A stretch of 64,000 nt of DNA. Source: Bacteroidales bacterium. Lineage in GTDB: Bacteria > Bacteroidota > Bacteroidia > Bacteroidales > UBA1715. Positions 10,409-19,360 of the stretch are shown piece after piece (within the stretch, counting starts at the first letter, position 1; each line of letters starts with the position of its first letter). The DNA lies in assembly GCA_024409235.1 (NCBI GenBank), contig JAKSUA010000013.1, forward strand, positions 808 to 64,807, read 5' to 3'. Below the pieces are notes generated by a model, which saw nothing but the letters and a program-made list of their open reading frames with translations, ran no database searches and was not told the DNA's origin. Made by a program: the position numbers and the translations under genes.

Positions 10409-10521
10409 CTGCTGTGAAATCGGCTGAGTCCGGCAAGGTGATAATAAAAACAACAACTTATTATGATTTTCACCTTTCCATAATTGGACTTAGCTGCACG
10501 GTGTTTCAAATAAATCAGCGG
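10409..10521 (+). ncRNA. Candidate structured RNA or element: 113-nt extended imperfect hairpin in a 387-bp intergenic region
   Basis: Nested complementary arms read from sequence. CTGCTG 10409-14 pairs with CAGCGG 10516-21. TGAAA 10415-19 pairs with TTTCA 10504-08. GCTGAGTCC 10423-31 pairs with GGACTTAGC 10486-94. AAGGTGA 10435-41 pairs with TCACCTT 10470-76. TAATAA 10442-47 pairs with TTATTA 10458-63. Strand and function are unknown. Confidence 0.3.
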
Positions 10522-10544
10522 AGCGTAAAAAGGAGTCTTTACAA

Positions 10545-10581
10545 AAAAACGGCTCGTTGGTATTTCCAGCGAGCCGTTTTT
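10545..10581. terminator. Bidirectional intrinsic terminator (serves the AsmA-like gene and any plus-strand transcript)
   Basis: AAAAACGGCTCG (10545-56) / 13-nt loop / CGAGCCGTTTTT (10570-81). The A-run upstream and T-run downstream give a U-tract on both strands. It lies 21 nt beyond the stop of the minus-strand gene ending at 10602. Confidence 0.75.
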
Positions 10582-10601
10582 CGTATAACTTATTTTCAGG
10601 C

Positions 10602-13600
10602 CTAATCTTTAATCAAAACCTCTTGATTTTTTACTCCTGCTTGTAATGACGAGCTGATTGTTTTCTTTAAAGAAAGTATCTGTTCGTCAACAACGCCTCG
10701 TTTTTGTGGCTTGTAGAGTTTCTTGTATTCACATTTACCAAGTTTGTATTTCAAATCATCAAGATTTCCAAGAACATTTAGTCCGAGTTTAAATAATAAA
10801 GGACTCTTGGTTAATGAAATGTGGTATTTACAAGACATGTCCAGGTTATGATATCCAGAAAGCACTGCCTGATATTTGTCCATTGAAATAACAAAAGGAT
10901 ACAATTCAACTTCGTTTCGGAAGACTGTCATTTCAACATCAAGACTGTCAACTACATTCTTTGTTTTCTTTTTGTTGAACAACAACATTTTGGAAATTTG
11001 TTCGAATGTTTCAGTGTCCATTAAAACTAAATCTTTACCCTTGATAGCTGCAGCACCGCGGAGTGTAGAAAATTTAGGATCATAATTAGATTTTAAATAA
11101 GTTTCCGCCGCTAAGTGGAATTCTGCTTTTCCTGAAAATGATTTCAACATTGGAACGATTGTGTCAATGTCTGGAATCATTTCTATCAAATCATTTACAC
11201 TGATGTCAATTAAGTGGAAATCAAGCCCGGCGAATAGATGATTCTTTCTCGAAGAGCGGTAAATGGCTGTAAGTTGCATTTGTGCCGCATCGCACGTGAA
11301 ACCCATTTCTTCAATAACTAACACTCCGTCACGGATTGTTACGCCACCTCCGGCATGTTCAATAATAGATTTACCAACAAGCGCTTTTTTAATGTCTGTT
11401 TTTAATACAAGATCGACACCAAGAGGAACCATAAATGGATTGTCTTCTTCTAAAGTAGTGTCGGCAGCCTGTTGTTCCTGAACTATTGTATTTTCAGCAA
11501 CTTCGGTTGTGTCGCCAGCTCCGCTGACCAGTTCCATTAATTCCATTACATCAGTGTAGTCGGAAATAAATTCCAGTTCACCTCTTAAAATGTCTTCACC
11601 AGTAAGGTAATCAGCAATATTTTTAATGATACCGGTAAGTTGAAAATCTGAATTACCTAGAATTATCTTGCTTTGTCCTATGTGTAGCTGATTTCTATCT
11701 AATTCGCACTGGATTTTCGATATTTTGATAGGGGCTTCCAATGCACTTACAGCAACTTGTCCCTGATTAAAATTAAATTTTACATCAGGATTCCATTGTA
11801 ATAGGGCATCTTCCTGGTTCTCGTCGTATTCTGCTTTTGCGTCAATGCTGATCATTCCTGTTCTTGCAGAAATATCTTCAGCCATTTTTGCATAAACGCT
11901 GTCACATTTCATTACACATACATATCCGGTATTTTTTCCTTTTGGATACATTTTTACAGTTCCTTTTGGTGTACGTATGTTTGCTGAAATAGTATCTGCT
12001 TCCATAATGTAATCAACATTTTTAATGTCGAAATCGCAGGCAATGGCAACGTCTTTTGTTGTATCCATCACGTCTGAAAGTCCTAATATTAAATCTGTAT
12101 TATTTAATGATGTCTTAAAGAAATCAGTCATAGTTACATTCATGCAGTTACTTACGATGCCAACCTCAATTAATTCTTTGAATTCTTTTGTGTTACGAGT
12201 ACTTGGAAGTGTAACTTTTACCAGCATGTTTTTACTATTTACAAAGGTTGAATCTTCGTAAACTGCATCAAAGTCTGTAAGATTTATTGTACCGTTAGCT
12301 TTGATTTTATTTAAATCAACGTTGGTTAAATCTTCAAGGTTGCATTTAGCTGAGAAAGCAGCATCAGCCCAGCCTGTAGCAAAAATGTATTCAGGTATGT
12401 CGTTCTTTAAATCAAGTAACCACAGACGTGCGTTGAGTTTAACATCAAGGTCCATGTCGTTCAATAAATCTGTAATGTCGCCCGAGACCGAAACGGAAGA
12501 TTTTCCCGTTTTTGCAGAGAAAGAATTCAGTTTGATAGAAGAATTTTTTTCTTCGTTCATGTCAAGATTGATGTGTGCATTTGCAGCAACATCATATAAA
12601 TCATGTCCAAGGCCATCAATTACAATGGAACCGTCGGAATATGCTGCATCAACTGAAATTAGTGGCATTAGAGTATCGTTCATAATTCCTCGTACTGAGC
12701 CGGTTAACTGGACTGTTCCGTCAAGATTTATACCATCAAGATATTCTTTCAACATTTCCTGAGGAATGAGAGGTAAAAGTTTATTAAGAATAATATTGTT
12801 CGTGGCAAAATTCATATCCATACGGATGTCGTCGCCAATCTCAGCATCTCCGGTTAATGAAATTTGATGTTCGTTAATACCAATTAATGCATTGGATAGG
12901 GCAACTTTTAAGATATCAATAGAAGCAACAATTGGCAGAGCGAATGAAATATTGAGAGAGTCAGCATATTTAGTGCTGTCCATTGTTGCAGAAACGCCAG
13001 ACAGCAAAAGATTTAACGTTCCGTCAATTGTATTGAAATCGCCAATATTTCCATTGAAATTTCCTTCGATAGAATTAACAGAGGCTTTAATATCTGTGGA
13101 ATCCGTCATCGAAAAGAGCACGTTTTGGGCATCTAATGACAAATCTGTTGTAATATCATCGCCATTCATAAGAATATTAGTAGCAACATTGATATTGTTA
13201 ATCGATGCATTTAAATGCGAAGGAATATCTATGTATGATGCAGAAATATTTTTCAGTTCAACATCTTCTATTTTCAACATGTTAAACAAAGAAGTCGAGC
13301 TAGTATCTTCCTCGGCTGTTGTATCAGAAACAAAGACATCGTAGTTTGCTAGAGAATCAGCATTTACAAATATGTTTGCTTTTGTATTTAAAAGGTATAA
13401 ACCGTTGATGACAACATTGCTGTTAGATAAATATTCCTTAACATCAACAGTAGCAATAAGTTTGTCAACAAAAGCAACCGTGTCCGACTGAGCACCTTCC
13501 ATTGGGTTTATTAATGCAAAATTGTGTAAACGAATTCCGAAGTGAGGGAACGTGCTGAAGAATGTTAAATCAACCGTGTCTAATTCTGTCTGACAACTGA

Positions 13601-13742
13601 TAAATTCAGGAACATATTTTTTTACAATAGGTGTAAGTTTAGCTGGAGTAAAAACAAACCAGACGGCAATGCAGACTGTTATTAAAACAATACCAATAAT
13701 GGAACCAAGGGAGATTCCAAAGATTTTAAAAACTTTTTTCAT
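10602..13742 (-). CDS. AsmA/TamB-like family outer-membrane biogenesis protein
   Basis: 1046-aa ORF. N-terminal single TM helix (MKKVFKIFGISLGSIIGIVLITVCIAVWFVF), then DLTFFSTFPHFGIRLHNFAL, which resembles AsmA-family N-termini. Long repetitive beta-rich body. Family recalled from motifs, not searched. Confidence 0.7.
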   Translation of the reverse strand: MKKVFKIFGISLGSIIGIVLITVCIAVWFVFTPAKLTPIVKKYVPEFISCQTELDTVDLTFFSTFPHFGIRLHNFALINPMEGAQSDTVAFVDKLIATVDVKEYLSNSNVVINGLYLLNTKANIFVNADSLANYDVFVSDTTAEEDTSSTSLFNMLKIEDVELKNISASYIDIPSHLNASINNINVATNILMNGDDITTDLSLDAQNVLFSMTDSTDIKASVNSIEGNFNGNIGDFNTIDGTLNLLLSGVSATMDSTKYADSLNISFALPIVASIDILKVALSNALIGINEHQISLTGDAEIGDDIRMDMNFATNNIILNKLLPLIPQEMLKEYLDGINLDGTVQLTGSVRGIMNDTLMPLISVDAAYSDGSIVIDGLGHDLYDVAANAHINLDMNEEKNSSIKLNSFSAKTGKSSVSVSGDITDLLNDMDLDVKLNARLWLLDLKNDIPEYIFATGWADAAFSAKCNLEDLTNVDLNKIKANGTINLTDFDAVYEDSTFVNSKNMLVKVTLPSTRNTKEFKELIEVGIVSNCMNVTMTDFFKTSLNNTDLILGLSDVMDTTKDVAIACDFDIKNVDYIMEADTISANIRTPKGTVKMYPKGKNTGYVCVMKCDSVYAKMAEDISARTGMISIDAKAEYDENQEDALLQWNPDVKFNFNQGQVAVSALEAPIKISKIQCELDRNQLHIGQSKIILGNSDFQLTGIIKNIADYLTGEDILRGELEFISDYTDVMELMELVSGAGDTTEVAENTIVQEQQAADTTLEEDNPFMVPLGVDLVLKTDIKKALVGKSIIEHAGGGVTIRDGVLVIEEMGFTCDAAQMQLTAIYRSSRKNHLFAGLDFHLIDISVNDLIEMIPDIDTIVPMLKSFSGKAEFHLAAETYLKSNYDPKFSTLRGAAAIKGKDLVLMDTETFEQISKMLLFNKKKTKNVVDSLDVEMTVFRNEVELYPFVISMDKYQAVLSGYHNLDMSCKYHISLTKSPLLFKLGLNVLGNLDDLKYKLGKCEYKKLYKPQKRGVVDEQILSLKKTISSSLQAGVKNQEVLIKD

Positions 13743-13745
13743 GGG

Positions 13746-14090
13746 TTATTGCTTATAAAATGTGTATGTTCTTCCGTTTTTTGTGTAAACCAAAGTGGTT
13801 GCATTCAAAGTAGTTATTGTATATTGTTTAGGTACAACACCTGAACTACTTTCCATCTGATGATATTGAGTTAGTGTGCTTCCGTTAAGTTCCCAAGTGA
13901 AACTTTGAGCTTCGCTTTCGTCAACATCGTCAGCAGTATTCCATGTATATCCTGTACCACTTGAAGAGTATTTTTCATATAAAGTTCCCGATTTCCATTT
14001 TCCGTAAAGATCGGATTCATCAAACTTGAACTTATTACATCCACAAAAAAGTAATAATGCAGCACAAAGTGCAAGAAGTATTCTTTTCAT
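13746..14090 (-). CDS. Small lipoprotein, lipocalin-like
   Basis: Signal peptide ending LLFCGC (lipobox-like) and a YGKWKSG motif. There is a 3-nt gap to the AsmA-like start and a 2-nt gap to the upstream gene, so it is probably co-transcribed. Confidence 0.6.
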   Translation of the reverse strand: MKRILLALCAALLLFCGCNKFKFDESDLYGKWKSGTLYEKYSSSGTGYTWNTADDVDESEAQSFTWELNGSTLTQYHQMESSSGVVPKQYTITTLNATTLVYTKNGRTYTFYKQ

Positions 14091-14092
14091 AG

Positions 14093-14827
14093 CTATTCGT
14101 TTGTGTTTTCTTGATTTTCGTTGTTTTCTTGATTGTCAGAATCTTTTTGTTCGGATTTTCTCCAAACATAGGAGATTCCATATTCAGCACAAGCTTCACG
14201 TTTTTTTTCTGGGTCAAGATCTTGAAAATGATTTTCAACTTCATTCCAGATTTCAACGATGATTGCGTCACCACGTTTACGCAAGTCGTCAATATATTCA
14301 GCTGTTCTTTGATTGTTTGTTAGCCGGAATTCGTTTGTTCTTGCGGCAGCAGCGAATTTTTCATATTCAATTTTTACCATCGAAATTCTTGGATTTGTCA
14401 TATAGATTCCTCCGGCGGCTGCACGTTTTGCTTCACCTTCAATAAGTTTCTTGCCCCATTCAAGAATTTCTTCCGTTGTTTCAAGATTTGGTAGTTTTTT
14501 CCCTTTTAAGCCATAGAAATCGCGGGAGTTTGGTTTCATTTCTCCTCGTAAAATGGCCATGTTCAGCACTTGAATGAAATGTGAAATATACATTTTGGTA
14601 CGTTTCTGCAGTAAAGAGAAATTTGCACCTTTTTCCACAGACTGCGAATAGGAAGAACGACATTGTAAAATACCATTTCGCAGAGATGGAAGATAAAATT
14701 TAGCACGTAAGAGCAAATCGTAGGATATAGCACTCTCTGTTATTGGCAAACTGGAACCTTTGTCTATGGCTGTTTGCAAGGCACGGACTCGTGCTGCATC
14801 TGTATTTGGAAGTCTTCTATAGGGCAT
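14093..14827 (-). CDS. Hypothetical protein (244 aa) with an acidic Asn/Glu-rich C-terminal tail
   Basis: Clean ATG ORF (MPYRRLPNTDAARVRALQTAIDKG...), first gene of a tightly packed three-gene minus-strand operon. I recognise no family. Confidence 0.6.
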   Translation of the reverse strand: MPYRRLPNTDAARVRALQTAIDKGSSLPITESAISYDLLLRAKFYLPSLRNGILQCRSSYSQSVEKGANFSLLQKRTKMYISHFIQVLNMAILRGEMKPNSRDFYGLKGKKLPNLETTEEILEWGKKLIEGEAKRAAAGGIYMTNPRISMVKIEYEKFAAAARTNEFRLTNNQRTAEYIDDLRKRGDAIIVEIWNEVENHFQDLDPEKKREACAEYGISYVWRKSEQKDSDNQENNENQENTNE

Positions 14828-14896
14828 AATAAACGCAAATTAATCACTGCAAATCTAAAGAAAACTTTTTTATCTATATAAAAGATTTTGAGAAAT

Positions 14897-15316
14897 TTAG
14901 GTGATAACGAATAAATAATTTACTAAAGAATATTTGATATTCGCATTGCCTGTTGACGGATTCCAACTCTGAACAGCCTTGCACCACAAATGAGTGTATT
15001 CATGAATAAGAGTATTAGGATTTATCTTGGACTTATCAATATAAATCTGCCCCTCATGAGCAAATCCGTAAATCTCCATAGTATCAGGGTTTACCATCAG
15101 CTCGACATATCGTGGACCATTTGTTCCATCCCCCCCAGTTTTTACTTGACCTGTTCCATTATTTCCTGTGCCTTGTCCATCACCTGCTCCTGAGTTGGCA
15201 TTATCTTTTTTTGAAAATTTTGATAGAGCCATTCTAACATCACCATTATCTGTGATTCTGAACGAAGCATCAGACCAACCATTATTATGTTGTCTTTTTC
15301 TAAGTTTAAAAGTTCT
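14897..15316 (-). pseudogene. Relic fragment of a large polyvalent (mobile-element type) protein carrying a zincin HExxH motif
   Basis: The track ORF 14897-15232 (111 aa) reads ...GQGTGNNGTGQVKTGGDGTNG... YGFAHEGQIYIDKSKINPNTLIHEYTHLW, then ends. The same frame stays open upstream of the Met (RTFKLRKRQHNNGWSDASFRITDNGDVR) until a stop at 15317-15319. There is no signal or N-terminal domain and no plausible promoter context. It sits in a 767-bp divergent intergenic gap. Confidence 0.35.
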
Positions 15317-15572
15317 TCATTGCCATGTATCTCAATTTGAGAACAGATTTCACAAATATACCAACAGTAGGCAGTACGGTCAATACATCCAAAAGCAGAT
15401 TTTTTCTCAAAAACTCCTATTTCGCTACCTTTTCTTTCAAGAGAAAAGGTAGAAAATATCTTTACAAGATTTAAAGGGATAATTCCGAAAAATATGACTT
15501 AATGCATGATAATTTGTTACATATTAACGTTGGTTGTGTCGAAAATTTGAAATCTTTTTTGTTTAATTTCTA

Positions 15573-15580
15573 TATATTTG
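15573..15580 (+). promoter_or_regulatory. Bacteroidota -7 promoter motif TAnnTTTG upstream of the acyl-CoA ligase gene
   Basis: TATATTTG(C) lies 15 nt upstream of the ATG at 15595. It falls inside the track ORF's N-terminal extension, which argues for the 15595 start. Confidence 0.5.
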
Positions 15581-15594
15581 CGAAAACTAAAAAA

Positions 15595-17403
15595 ATGAAA
15601 ACGATGGAGGTTACTCGAATTTTTGATGTCCTTGACAGATATAAGGCTGTTATGCCAGAAGCTCTGAAAGTAGAAAACTCTACGTTAAACCCAGATGTGG
15701 CTTTGGCTCATAAAGTAGATGGTAAGTGGGAAACTTTCAGCATCGATGAATATATTGAAAATGCAAATAATGTAAGTTATGGTTTGTTGGCTTTAGGCCT
15801 GAAGCCAGGTGATAAAATTGGTATTGTGAGCGGCAACCGTCCTGAATGGAATTTTCTTGACATGGGTGCTATGCAGGTTGGAATTATTCCTGTGCCAATT
15901 TACCCAACTATTAGCCAGGAAGAATATCGTTATATTCTCAATCATGCCGAAATGAAAATATTATTCATCGAAGGCAAAGAATTGGGAAAGAAAATAGAAC
16001 CGCTTATTCCAGAATTAAAATATCTTCAGGAGGTTTTTACTTTTGTTGAACAAAAGAAAGAATATAGATTTTTCAAGAACCTTGTTGATTTAGGAAAAGA
16101 AAATGCCAATCCTGAAAAATTAGCTGAATTTAAGGCTGCTGTAAAACCTGAGGATATGGCAACAATTATTTATACTTCAGGAACAACAGGAAATCCAAAA
16201 GGTGTAATGTTGTCGCATAACAATATTGTTATGCAGGTAAAAGGTGTATATGATTTGTTAAACAAAGCGAGTCATACTGCATTGAGTTTCTTGCCTTTAT
16301 GTCATGCGTACGAACGAATGTTGAATTATGTGTATCAATATAATGCGTGTTCAATTTATTACTCAAATATTGCTTTAATAAACGAGAATATGAAGGAAAT
16401 TCAACCAACGGTAATGTGTTGCGTTCCTCGTTTGTTAGAGAAAATTTATGAGAAATTGTATTCGGCAGGAAAGAAATTCTCCGGCCCTAAGAAATGGTTG
16501 TATTATTGGGCTATAGATTTGGCAAAACAATACAAGATTGAACCTTCAAAACGTAGCTGCTGGTACAATATCCGTCATAAAATTGCAGACAAATTAATTT
16601 ATTCTCAATTCCGTGAAGCTCTTGGTGCACAAAGAATCTACGAAGTAGTTTCGGGCGGTTCTGCATTACAGGCTCAGTTAGCTGCATTCTTTCAAGCAAT
16701 TGGTTTGATGATTTATGAAGGATATGGTTTGTCGGAAACTTCTCCGGTAATTGCTGTTGCAAGTTATGAACCTTATACGCACGAACCTGGAACGGTTGGC
16801 TTACCTTTACCTGGAATCGAAGTAAAAGTGGGTGCAAATGATGAGTTGCTTTGCCGTGGACATAATGTGATGTTGGGATATTATCATGACGAGGAAAGAA
16901 CAAAAGAGGTAATTGATGCAGAAGGATGGTTCCATACTGGTGACACTGCTGTGATTACTGATAAAGGCCTTGTAAAAATTACTGGACGTTTGAAGAGTTT
17001 GTTCAAAACCTCTTTTGGAAAATATGTTAATCCAGATTTGATTGAAGCAAAATTTGTTACTTCAGTTTTCATCAATACAGTTGTTGTATGCGGCGAAAAT
17101 CGTCAGTATCCAGTTGCTTTGATTGTCCCTGATTTTTCAGTTTTAAAAGGATGGTGTGCTACGCACAAGGTTCCTTATGAATCCGACGAAGAGGTTATAA
17201 AACAACCTGAGGTAATTGCCAGAATACAAAAAGAAGTGAAAGCTTTTAACGAAAGTTTCGCTGATTACGAACAAGTTAAACGTTTTGCTTTAATTGCGGA
17301 TGAATGGACCCCTCAAAATGGTTTGTTGTCACCAACCTTGAAGGTAAAACGTAAAGCGGTGCATACAAAATATGCTGATATATTAGAAAAACTTTGGAAC
17401 TAA
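15595..17403 (+). CDS. Long-chain fatty acid--CoA ligase (AMP-forming, FadD-like)
   Basis: AMP-binding signature IYTSGTTGNPKGVML, plus YGLSETSP and TGD motifs. The start was moved to Met32 of the track ORF (MKTMEVTRIF...). Confidence 0.85.
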   Translation: MKTMEVTRIFDVLDRYKAVMPEALKVENSTLNPDVALAHKVDGKWETFSIDEYIENANNVSYGLLALGLKPGDKIGIVSGNRPEWNFLDMGAMQVGIIPVPIYPTISQEEYRYILNHAEMKILFIEGKELGKKIEPLIPELKYLQEVFTFVEQKKEYRFFKNLVDLGKENANPEKLAEFKAAVKPEDMATIIYTSGTTGNPKGVMLSHNNIVMQVKGVYDLLNKASHTALSFLPLCHAYERMLNYVYQYNACSIYYSNIALINENMKEIQPTVMCCVPRLLEKIYEKLYSAGKKFSGPKKWLYYWAIDLAKQYKIEPSKRSCWYNIRHKIADKLIYSQFREALGAQRIYEVVSGGSALQAQLAAFFQAIGLMIYEGYGLSETSPVIAVASYEPYTHEPGTVGLPLPGIEVKVGANDELLCRGHNVMLGYYHDEERTKEVIDAEGWFHTGDTAVITDKGLVKITGRLKSLFKTSFGKYVNPDLIEAKFVTSVFINTVVVCGENRQYPVALIVPDFSVLKGWCATHKVPYESDEEVIKQPEVIARIQKEVKAFNESFADYEQVKRFALIADEWTPQNGLLSPTLKVKRKAVHTKYADILEKLWN

Positions 17404-17900
17404 TGGAAGTAAGCAAGAAATATTCTTTGCCGATGCAGGCTTTGGTGGGAGTGATTTTTGCTGCCGAGCTTTTTATAGTATTTATTTTGCTGTATCTGCA
17501 AAAGAGTTTTTCTTTTGATTTGTCTGCTGCAACAGGTCTGTTTGGCATTATAATGCTTGTATCTACGCTGATTCTCTCTGTTTGGAATATAGTGTTGCTT
17601 ATTGGTCGAAAAAGAAACCTAAGAAAAACCGCAGACGAAGATGCTCGTAAACAGATATTTCAGTCAACAACCTATGGACGCTATTTTACTTTGTTTGCAA
17701 TCGTCATTATAGGAGTTGCACTTACTTTTTTTACAGGAAATTTATATTATTTAATTTATGTTGTTTTTTCAATTGTTTGGCAGGTTGGAATTTTCCCGTC
17801 CTGGAATTCTATCTTTGCTGTACTGAATAACGAAAAGGCTGCAGAAATAAATAGTGAAGAAACATCAGAAATCACAACAGTTAATACGGAAAGTCTATGA
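17403..17900 (+). CDS. Small multi-pass membrane protein (hypothetical)
   Basis: Four hydrophobic segments. The ATG at 17403 overlaps the upstream TAA (TAATG). Its stop overlaps the next gene's start (ATGA at 17897-17900). Confidence 0.45.
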   Translation: MEVSKKYSLPMQALVGVIFAAELFIVFILLYLQKSFSFDLSAATGLFGIIMLVSTLILSVWNIVLLIGRKRNLRKTADEDARKQIFQSTTYGRYFTLFAIVIIGVALTFFTGNLYYLIYVVFSIVWQVGIFPSWNSIFAVLNNEKAAEINSEETSEITTVNTESL

Positions 17901-19360
17901 AAATAGGATTTGATAATGATAAATATTTAAAAATTCAGTCAGAACACATCAAGGAACGCATCACAAAGTTTGGTGATAAATTGTATTTGGAGTTTGGGGG
18001 GAAATTGTTTGATGATTATCATGCAAGCCGTGTTTTGCCAGGTTTTCAGCCTGACAGTAAGTTGAAGATGTTGATGCAGCTGAGCGATTATGCAGAGATT
18101 ATTATTGTTATCAGTGCTGTTGACATAGAAAAAAACAAAGTGCGTGGCGATTTAGGAATTACGTATGACGAAGATGTGCTTCGTTTGAAGGACGAATTTG
18201 AAAAACGTGGTTTAATGGTGGGTGCAGTCGTAATCACTCATTTTAACGGTCAGGAAAGCGCAAAGGCATTCAGAAATCGCTTGAAACGAATGAATGTAAA
18301 AGCATATTACCATTACACGATAGAGGGTTATCCATCAAATATTGCTTTGATTGATTCTGACGAGGGTTTTGGTAAAAATGATTATGTTGAAACAACTCGT
18401 CCGTTGGTAGTTGTAACTGCTCCAGGGCCTGGTAGTGGAAAAATGGCTGTTTGCTTGAGTCAGTTGTATCAGGAAAATAAAAAGGGAGTGAAGGCTGGTT
18501 ATGCAAAATTTGAAACATTTCCTATTTGGAATTTGCCGTTGAAACATCCTGTAAATATTGCTTATGAGGCTGCTACTGCAGACTTGAATGATATTAACAT
18601 GATTGATCCATTCCATTTGGAAGCATACGGAAAAACAACGGTAAATTACAACCGTGATATTGAAATTTTCCCTGTCTTGAATGCTATCTTTGAGGGAATT
18701 TATGGTGAAAATCCATATAAATCACCTACAGACATGGGCGTTAACATGGCAGGTAACTGCATAATTGATGACGATGCATGCCGTGAGGCTTCAAATCAGG
18801 AAATTATACGACGTTACTATAATGCTCGAAATAATTTAGTTGAGGGTAAAAGTGATGAGAATGAAGTAAATAAAATTGCTTTGTTGATGCAGCAGACAAA
18901 GATTTCTACTAAAAATAGAAAAACTACTGTAGCAGCTCTTGAAAAGAGTGAAAAGGCTAAAGGTCCAGCTGCAGCTATCGAATTGTCTGATGGAACTATA
19001 ATTACTTCAAAAACAAGTGATTTGCTTGGTACAAGTGCGGCTCTTATCCTTAACGCAACAAAATATCTGGCTGGAATTGATCATAAAATAAATCTAATTC
19101 CTGCAGAAATGATTGAACCTATTCAAAACATGAAGGTTTCATATCTTCATGGAAGCAATCCTCGTCTTCATACTGATGAGGTTTTGGTTGCACTTGCAAT
19201 GTTAAGCTTGAATGATGAAAATTGTAAGAAGGCTTTGGCTCAGCTTCCAAAATTGAAAGGTTGTCAGTTACACACAACAGTAATGTTGAGTGAGGTCGAT
19301 CGTAAAATATTCCAGAAATTGGGAGTTGACTTTACGTGTGATCCAATAAAGAAGAAATAA
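17897..19360 (+). CDS. DUF1846 / UPF0371 family protein
   Basis: 487 aa. The N-terminus MKIGFDNDKYLKIQSEHIKERITKFGDKLYLEFGGKLFDDYHASRVLPGF matches my recollection of the conserved UPF0371 N-terminus. Confidence 0.75.
   Translation: MKIGFDNDKYLKIQSEHIKERITKFGDKLYLEFGGKLFDDYHASRVLPGFQPDSKLKMLMQLSDYAEIIIVISAVDIEKNKVRGDLGITYDEDVLRLKDEFEKRGLMVGAVVITHFNGQESAKAFRNRLKRMNVKAYYHYTIEGYPSNIALIDSDEGFGKNDYVETTRPLVVVTAPGPGSGKMAVCLSQLYQENKKGVKAGYAKFETFPIWNLPLKHPVNIAYEAATADLNDINMIDPFHLEAYGKTTVNYNRDIEIFPVLNAIFEGIYGENPYKSPTDMGVNMAGNCIIDDDACREASNQEIIRRYYNARNNLVEGKSDENEVNKIALLMQQTKISTKNRKTTVAALEKSEKAKGPAAAIELSDGTIITSKTSDLLGTSAALILNATKYLAGIDHKINLIPAEMIEPIQNMKVSYLHGSNPRLHTDEVLVALAMLSLNDENCKKALAQLPKLKGCQLHTTVMLSEVDRKIFQKLGVDFTCDPIKKK

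Noticed and set aside
10423-10494. Possible SRP (4.5S) RNA, because of GAGTCCGGCAAGG resembling the GGUCCGGAAGG domain IV strand
   Set aside because: The apical part is an AT-rich stem with a 10-nt A/C loop rather than a GNRA tetraloop. The opposing strand lacks the conserved AGCA/GGA internal-loop residues. The resemblance is confined to a few nucleotides.
10414-10605. 63-aa plus-strand ORF in the intergenic region after giant gene 1
   Set aside because: It runs through the nested hairpin arms and the bidirectional terminator. It has no recognisable protein features and ends inside the convergent gene. It is better explained as non-coding structured sequence.
10876-13344. Plus-strand ORFs of 69-153 aa antisense to the AsmA-like gene
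   Set aside because: They sit opposite a 1046-aa ORF with family-typical N-terminal features. The translations are Ser/Phe-rich with no motifs.
15168-15452. 94-aa plus-strand ORF in the divergent intergenic region
   Set aside because: It is antisense to the relic fragment, has no motifs, and ends in a hairpin. It is judged spurious.
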